Below the pieces are notes generated by a model that did no database searches, was not told the origin of the DNA, and saw only the letters and a list, made by a program, of their open reading frames with translations. Below are positions 17,301 through 23,316 of a stretch of DNA of 23,316 nucleotides, in pieces. The translations under genes and the position numbers were made by a program. Within the stretch, counting starts at the first letter, position 1. Every line of letters starts with the position of its first letter. The DNA comes from Desulfobacterales bacterium (GTDB lineage: Bacteria; Desulfobacterota; Desulfobacteria; Desulfobacterales; UBA2174): contig CAXXWC010000012.1 in assembly GCA_963668645.2 (NCBI GenBank), positions 1-23,316 on the forward strand. Direction: 5' to 3'.

Positions 17301-18113
17301 TCAGTCCGGTGGCAGGGGGCCGATCTTGCCGGCCCGGAAGGCCCGGTTGAATGTCATACAGTGCCGGTCCCGGCCCAACAGGGTTTCGGCGGCCAGCATC
17401 ATCGCGCGCAAATCCCGGTTTTCAGGATCGATGATCGCACTGTCCATGCCCGCCTGGATGGCCAGCACCATGAAGGCCTGGTTGATGATCGGCCGCAGCG
17501 GCATGCCGAAAGAGATGTTCGAAAGGCCGCAGGTCAGATGGACTTGACTGAATTCCTGTCTGATCCGACGGCAGGTCTCGAAGAAAAGGTTGCCGTTTTC
17601 CGTCCCTGTGGCGATGGCCATCACCAGCGGGTCCACATAGAGGTTGGCCTCGGGCAGGCCGCGCTCGCGTGTCAATCGAATCAGGCGGCGCACCACATCC
17701 AGACGCCCCTCACTGGTAGCCGGAATCTTGCGGCCGTCCAGCGCCAGAACGATCAGCTCGGTGCTGTATTCGCAGGCCAGTGGCAGAACCCCGTCGATGC
17801 GGAACTGCTCCCCGCTTAGCGAATTGAGCATCGGCCGGTGCCCGGCCTTCTCGATCCCGGCCCGCAGCGCCTCGTGATTGGCGCTGTCCAGACACAGGAT
17901 CGCACCGGGTGCGGCGGTCTGTACATTTTCCACCAGCCAGATCATGTCTTCGGGCTCACGGTCGGGGTGGGTGCCGGCGTTGATGTCGAGGTAGGCGGCA
18001 CCGGCCTCGAACTGACGCCGGGCCAGCTCACGGATAAAACCGGCGTCCCGTTCCCGGATCGCCTGGGCCACGCGCTTGCGGGTGCCGTTAATCTTTTCAC
18101 CGATGATGATCAT
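17301..18113 (-). CDS. Methylcorrinoid:tetrahydrofolate methyltransferase (AcsE/MeTr-like pterin-binding MT2), 270 aa
   Basis: 'MIIIGEKINGTR', 'GA-YLDINAG', 'LCLDS', 'NS', 'YVDPLV', 'GLSNISFGMP-R', 'GMDSAIIDP'. Confidence 0.92.
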   Translation of the reverse strand: MIIIGEKINGTRKRVAQAIRERDAGFIRELARRQFEAGAAYLDINAGTHPDREPEDMIWLVENVQTAAPGAILCLDSANHEALRAGIEKAGHRPMLNSLSGEQFRIDGVLPLACEYSTELIVLALDGRKIPATSEGRLDVVRRLIRLTRERGLPEANLYVDPLVMAIATGTENGNLFFETCRRIRQEFSQVHLTCGLSNISFGMPLRPIINQAFMVLAIQAGMDSAIIDPENRDLRAMMLAAETLLGRDRHCMTFNRAFRAGKIGPLPPD

Positions 18114-18177
18114 ACTGCTCGCCTTTCATCTGTCGGGCGCTTCACCCGAGTCATCCATATGCCCCATGTGCTCTATT

Positions 18178-18206
18178 CTTATATATGACTTATTGATGAG
18201 TGTCAA
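18178..18206 (-). promoter_or_regulatory. Sigma70-type promoter of the MT2-corrinoid-MT1-MT1 operon
   Basis: Minus strand TTGACA (18206-18201), 17 nt spacer, TATAAG (18183-18178). Confidence 0.65.
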
Positions 18207-18313
18207 GATCTTATCCCGATGGGAGTATATTCTTATCATATTGAAATATTAGTTAAATTATCATTAATATATTTATTTTAAACTTAATCAGATAGAGGAC
18301 TATCTGTTTTAAC

Positions 18314-18342
18314 TTGCGAAAATCACTTCTCCGTGCCATCAT
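18314..18342 (+). promoter_or_regulatory. Candidate sigma70 promoter of gntR
   Basis: TTGCGA, 17 nt spacer, CATCAT, with TG at the extended -10 position. Confidence 0.4.
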
Positions 18343-18375
18343 CTGCCGCAGCAATCTGTGGGAGTCGACCAGCAA

Positions 18376-19119
18376 ATGACCAACATCATCGATAAAGACC
18401 GTTTCGAGCCGGCCTATGCCCAACTGGCCGCCATTTTGCGCCGCCAGATCGCCGAGGGCGTCTATCCTCCCGGCGAGAAGATCCCCTCCGAAGCGGAAAT
18501 CAGCCGGCAGCACGGAATCTCTCCCATGACCGTGCGCCAGGCCATCAACCTTCTGGCCGGCCAAGGCCTGCTCAAGCGGGTCCAGGGATCGGGCACCTAT
18601 GTCAAGCCGATCGATCTGACCGGTTCGCGTTTCGATCTGGACAGCCTGCGCGAAATCTTTCTCGATTCAAACCGCACCCAGGTCAAGGTGCTGGAGATCG
18701 CCCTCGAACAGGCGGGTCTGGAAACCGCAGCGGCCCTGTCCCTGCCACCCGAGGCCCGGGTGATCCTGATCCGGCGGCTCCTGCTGCGCGAGGGACGTCC
18801 GGTGATCTTTCACGAAGGGCGCATCCGCTGCGATCCGAAGCGGCCGGTGGTGGAAGCCGAACTGGAACTCGGTCCCCTGTCGGATCTTTTCAGCCCCCAA
18901 GGCCAGCGGATGGTCAAGAAAGGAAGGCTGGAGCTTGTCCCCACGGCCCTTGGCGCCATGGAGGCCGCCGCCCTGGAACGACCGCAGGGAACGAGCGTAT
19001 TTCGCATTTCCTACGTTTTCTACGATTTCGGCGACATCCCGGTGGGCTGCGGCTGGTTCAGCGCCCCTCCGGAGGTGATTCGCCTCGAAACCCGGCTGGG
19101 ACTCTGGGAAGAAGATTGA
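18376..19119 (+). CDS. GntR family, HutC-like regulator (wHTH plus UTRA-like domain)
   Basis: 'PAYAQLA--LRRQI--G-YPPGEKIPSE', 'SPMTVRQA', 'QGSGTYV'; C-terminal 'AAALSLPP---VILIRR----G-PV' typical of UTRA. Start ATG 18376 (alternative GTG 18358). Confidence 0.9.
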   Translation: MTNIIDKDRFEPAYAQLAAILRRQIAEGVYPPGEKIPSEAEISRQHGISPMTVRQAINLLAGQGLLKRVQGSGTYVKPIDLTGSRFDLDSLREIFLDSNRTQVKVLEIALEQAGLETAAALSLPPEARVILIRRLLLREGRPVIFHEGRIRCDPKRPVVEAELELGPLSDLFSPQGQRMVKKGRLELVPTALGAMEAAALERPQGTSVFRISYVFYDFGDIPVGCGWFSAPPEVIRLETRLGLWEED

Positions 19120-19136
19120 CGGCCCGGGAGGCGGCG

Positions 19137-19850
19137 GTGAGCCAAACAGACAACCGGACAGAAAGGCACCTGGAACAACTCGCCGAACTGGTGAGCCGGC
19201 TTCAGGAAACGGCGGCCCTCGAGCAAATCAGCCGCCTCATCCTTGACGGGGTGCCGCCGGCGGACATCCTGAACGCTTGCCAGCAGGGGATGCGCCTGGT
19301 GGGGTTGCGCTACCAGGAGGGGGAATACTTCATCGCCGGATTGATCCTGGCCGGGGAGATCATGCGCCAGACCGTGGAGCTACTGCGCTCCGTCTTGGTA
19401 TCCCGGCAGGCACCGGGCCACCAGGGCCGGGTCCTTTTAGGCACCATCGCCGGCGATATCCATGACATCGGCAAGAACATCTTCAAGGATCTGCTCGAGT
19501 GCCACGGTTTTACGGTGCTGGACCTCGGCGTCGACGTCCCGCCGGAGGAATTTCTCAAACAGGCCCGCACCTTCAGGCCCCACCTGATCGGTGTTTCCGC
19601 CCTGATCACCAGCAGCTTCGCCCGCATCCGGGAACTGGTCCAACTGATCAAGGAGGCCGATCGGGGCGAGGGGCTGGACCGGCCGATCATCCTGGTGGGT
19701 GGCGGCCAGATGGACCAGATGGTCTTTTCCGCCTCCGGGGCCGATTACTGGGATCCGGACGCATGGTCGGCGGTCAAGCTGTGCCAGCGCCTGGTGGAAG
19801 CCCAGTGCCGTGCCCAGGCTGCAGCCCAAGACGACGAGCCGTCCACCTGA
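19137..19850 (+). CDS. Cobalamin-binding (corrinoid) protein co-transcribed with gntR
   Basis: 'GMRLVG-RYQEGEYFI', 'GTIAGDIHDIGKN', 'DLGVDVP', 'GVSAL', 'VGGG'. Start GTG 19137 (GGAGG just upstream) or TTG 19116 overlapping the gntR stop. Confidence 0.9.
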   Translation: MSQTDNRTERHLEQLAELVSRLQETAALEQISRLILDGVPPADILNACQQGMRLVGLRYQEGEYFIAGLILAGEIMRQTVELLRSVLVSRQAPGHQGRVLLGTIAGDIHDIGKNIFKDLLECHGFTVLDLGVDVPPEEFLKQARTFRPHLIGVSALITSSFARIRELVQLIKEADRGEGLDRPIILVGGGQMDQMVFSASGADYWDPDAWSAVKLCQRLVEAQCRAQAAAQDDEPST

Positions 19851-19892
19851 CAGGCCGGTTCGGGGCATCAGAACGGAAACGCCGGTTAAGGA

Positions 19893-20642
19893 TTAGGGAT
19901 AGGCCTGCAGCAACGGTGCGGGTGTACCCGCATCGAAGCCGAGAAGCGCCAGGTCCACCCGGGTGTGCGGTGGGATGATCACAAAGCCGTCCCCGTGCCA
20001 GGGACCGGTGAGCAGCCGTTTCAACCAGGCGTCCGAACCAGGAAGCACCCGGGCCTCGAGATGCAACCGGGCGGCGATCTCGCGCACCCGGGGCAGCAGC
20101 GCCACAAGATCGTAGGCCCCGCTGTCGATCAGACCCAGATACCGGTAATGGGCCAGCATCCGGCGGTAGACCCGGTCGGTGCGTTCAGGCCCGAAGCGCG
20201 CCAGGGTCGCCTGGTATTCCTTCCATATGTTCAGCTCGTCATCGAGCCATCCCTGGGTGAGAAAATAGACCCCGCCGTCTTTAAGGCACTGCTCACGGCG
20301 TTCCTTGGAACCGAGCAGCAGCGTGATGCAGTCGTCAACCCTGGGCACGACCAGCTCGAAATCGCCGCTGACCAGCCCCACCACGGCATTGCCGCAAAAA
20401 CCGAAGCCCAGCAGGACCCGGCCGGCATGGTTCAACCGGTCCAGTTCCTCCTGGATCCGGCCGCGCAGCGACTCGGGCTGCAGGTGCAGTCCCGACTCGA
20501 TCCAGACCGCCGGATAATGGCAGCCGGTTTCCCGGGCCGCCTTTTCGATTTCCATGCGAATGGTATGGCAGGCCAGCAGGACAGTTTCGCCCTTATGACC
20601 GCTTTTCTTGCCATGGTTAGGATGCAGGGACTGGCCCGCCAT
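19893..20642 (-). CDS. DUF1638-like protein (corrinoid methyltransferase-associated), 249 aa
   Basis: 'LLAC', 'GLH--P--LR--IQ', 'GFGFCGN---G', 'PRVDDCITLLLG', 'YFLT-GW', 'IDSG'; ATG 20642 with GGAGG 6 nt upstream. Confidence 0.82.
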   Translation of the reverse strand: MAGQSLHPNHGKKSGHKGETVLLACHTIRMEIEKAARETGCHYPAVWIESGLHLQPESLRGRIQEELDRLNHAGRVLLGFGFCGNAVVGLVSGDFELVVPRVDDCITLLLGSKERREQCLKDGGVYFLTQGWLDDELNIWKEYQATLARFGPERTDRVYRRMLAHYRYLGLIDSGAYDLVALLPRVREIAARLHLEARVLPGSDAWLKRLLTGPWHGDGFVIIPPHTRVDLALLGFDAGTPAPLLQAYP

Positions 20643-20996
20643 CAAGCGCCTCCCGGAAACCGCCCCGGCCTCTTTTCCGGGACTGCTCCAAAGGCCTACA
20701 CCAAGTTCTCCAGAAGAATCAACCCTCGGGCGATTGTCGGCGAGCAATTCTCGGCGGATCCAAGATCTGTCGGCCTCCCCCCAAAAAGGCTTCGATCGGA
20801 AAACCGCGGTCCTGGGAAAAACCACGGCGTTGCGTGCAAACGACCGGATCCGGTGTCGCGGTTCAGACGGCCCGGGAGTTGAGTTGGCACGTACGAGCGG
20901 CGGACACAACCACGACGGTCAGGGTCCCCTGTTGCCTTACGCGAGGTAACGGCGGCCGGGTCGGCTCGATACGGGGCAACGGGTGTCATTTTAAAA

Positions 20997-21105
20997 TTGC
21001 GTATTGTGCAACGTTAATCCGTATGATACAAAATTTCTTGACATAAGGCACAAACCCTATTAAATTGCGTTTTATGCGATAGTAATTGCGTATTATGCAA
21101 TTACT
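20997..21105. promoter_or_regulatory. Four 15-bp imperfect palindromic boxes, putative IclR operators
   Basis: TTGCGTATTGTGCAA (20997), ATCCGTATGATACAA (21017), TTGCGTTTTATGCGA (21065), TTGCGTATTATGCAA (21086). Confidence 0.72.
21038..21066 (+). promoter_or_regulatory. Sigma70-type promoter of the iclR-enolase-like operon
   Basis: TTGACA (21038-21043), 17 nt spacer, TAAATT (21061-21066). Confidence 0.72.
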
Positions 21106-21118
21106 GGAGGAAGACCTA

Positions 21119-21936
21119 ATGATCGGTTCAGTAGACAAAGCCATTCAGATCCTCAACTGCTTCAGCCAGGAAGAGCCGATTCTCGGCGTTGGTGAAATCA
21201 GCCGCCTCACCGGATTCACCCCCAGCACGGTCTCGCGGATATTGAGCACCCTCGAAGCCCACGCGGTGGTGGAAAAGACCGAAGGGTACGGCCGCTATCA
21301 GTTCGGTTGCCGTATCTATCTGTGGGGACTGATCAACAAGATCCAGAACAGCCTGGTCACCTCGGCCCGACCGGTAATGGAGCAGCTGCGCGACGAGACC
21401 GGTGAGGAAGTCTCCCTGTACGTGGTCACCGGCAACCACCGCACGCGCATCGAGCGGGTTGAGAGCCGGCACGCCATCGCCATGGTCGGCCGTGTAGGCG
21501 GGCGCCTGCCGCTGCACACCGGCGCCTCCGGTCAAATGCTGCTGGCCTACATGGGTGAAGCAGAGCGGCGGGCGCTTCTGGAAAAACGTCACCCTGAAGG
21601 GTTACACCCCCAAGACGATCACGGATCCGGTGGCGCTGGAAGCCAGGCTGGAGACCATTCGCCACCAAGGTTTCGCCGTCAGCATGGAAGAAAGGGAACC
21701 GGGCGCCTTCTCGGTGGTGGCGCCCGTGCGCCAGGCAGGCAACCAAGTCATTGCCAGCCTGTGCGTCTGCGGACCGCTGTATCGCCTCGACAGGGGCCAA
21801 CTCGACGCCATCATCAAGACCACCATGGCGGCCGGTGCGCGCATTTCGGAAAAAATGGAGATACCGGCCCGACCAGGGATCTTGCGCCGCCTCGACTTCA
21901 CTGAAAAAGGCGGCCAAAGCAAAACCAGAACCTTAA
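21119..21936 (+). CDS. IclR family transcriptional regulator, with two +1 frameshifts in this sequence (probably artefactual)
   Basis: 'SVDKAIQILNCFS', HTH 'EIS--TG---STVSRIL-TL', 'G-RLPLHTGASG--LLAY'; after an extra A at 21582-21586: 'TPKTITD---L---L--IR-QGFA-S-EE---G---VAPV'. A second shift near 21858 gives 'MGY...KPEP*' ending just before the next RBS. GGAGG RBS at 21106. Confidence 0.85.
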
Positions 21937-23231
<1,295 letters not shown>

Positions 23232-23242
23232 CCGACGGCAAT

Positions 23243-23283
23243 GATCGCCCGCCGCCGGCACCTGCCAACGGCGGCGGGCGATC
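23243..23283. terminator. GC-rich stem-loop after the enolase-like gene
   Basis: GATCGCCCGCCGCCG, 11 nt loop, CGGCGGCGGGCGATC: perfect 15-bp arms. No U tract, so it may stabilise rather than terminate. Confidence 0.5.
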
Positions 23284-23316
23284 CATCCGGATGATATCGG
23301 ACCAGACCATGACCTA

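Noticed and set aside
433..19850. Pyrrolysine or selenocysteine read-through in the methyltransferases
   Set aside because: No MttB/MtbB/MtmB-family gene is present, and all methyltransferase ORFs reach expected length at their first stop.
20643..20994. Cobalamin riboswitch, or an N-terminal extension of the DUF1638 ORF, in the ~350-nt GC-rich spacer
   Set aside because: No B12-box or GCCACTG core found by eye on either strand, and the extension is low-information sequence upstream of a good RBS. An Rfam/Infernal scan would settle it.

Overview
Anaerobic-bacterium locus (probably Desulfobacterota-like; this is inference) dominated by corrinoid methyl-transfer genes. Left (+): end of a TRAP dctM, an MtaA/CmuA-type Zn methyltransferase, a corrinoid protein and an ASKHA reductive activator. 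Centre (-): a lower-GC ~8.3 kb block with TRAP dctPQM, a FadR-type regulator, a glycyl-radical activase, 4-hydroxyproline 2-epimerase and trans-4-hydroxy-L-proline dehydratase HypD. Next come mmuM (-) and a cryptic perR-katA remnant (+), made of a Fur-family C-terminus and a catalase with nearly its whole interior deleted at a microhomology. Right: a (-) operon of methyl-THF:corrinoid methyltransferase, corrinoid protein and two URO-D-fold methyltransferases, divergent from a GntR/UTRA regulator coupled to a third corrinoid-binding protein, then a DUF1638-like gene. The window ends with an IclR regulator preceded by four operator-like boxes and a non-canonical enolase lacking two conserved histidines. 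These last two genes carry seven +1 frameshifts that look like sequencing errors. No RNA genes, CRISPR arrays or mobile-element genes were seen. All family assignments come from recalled motifs, not database searches.
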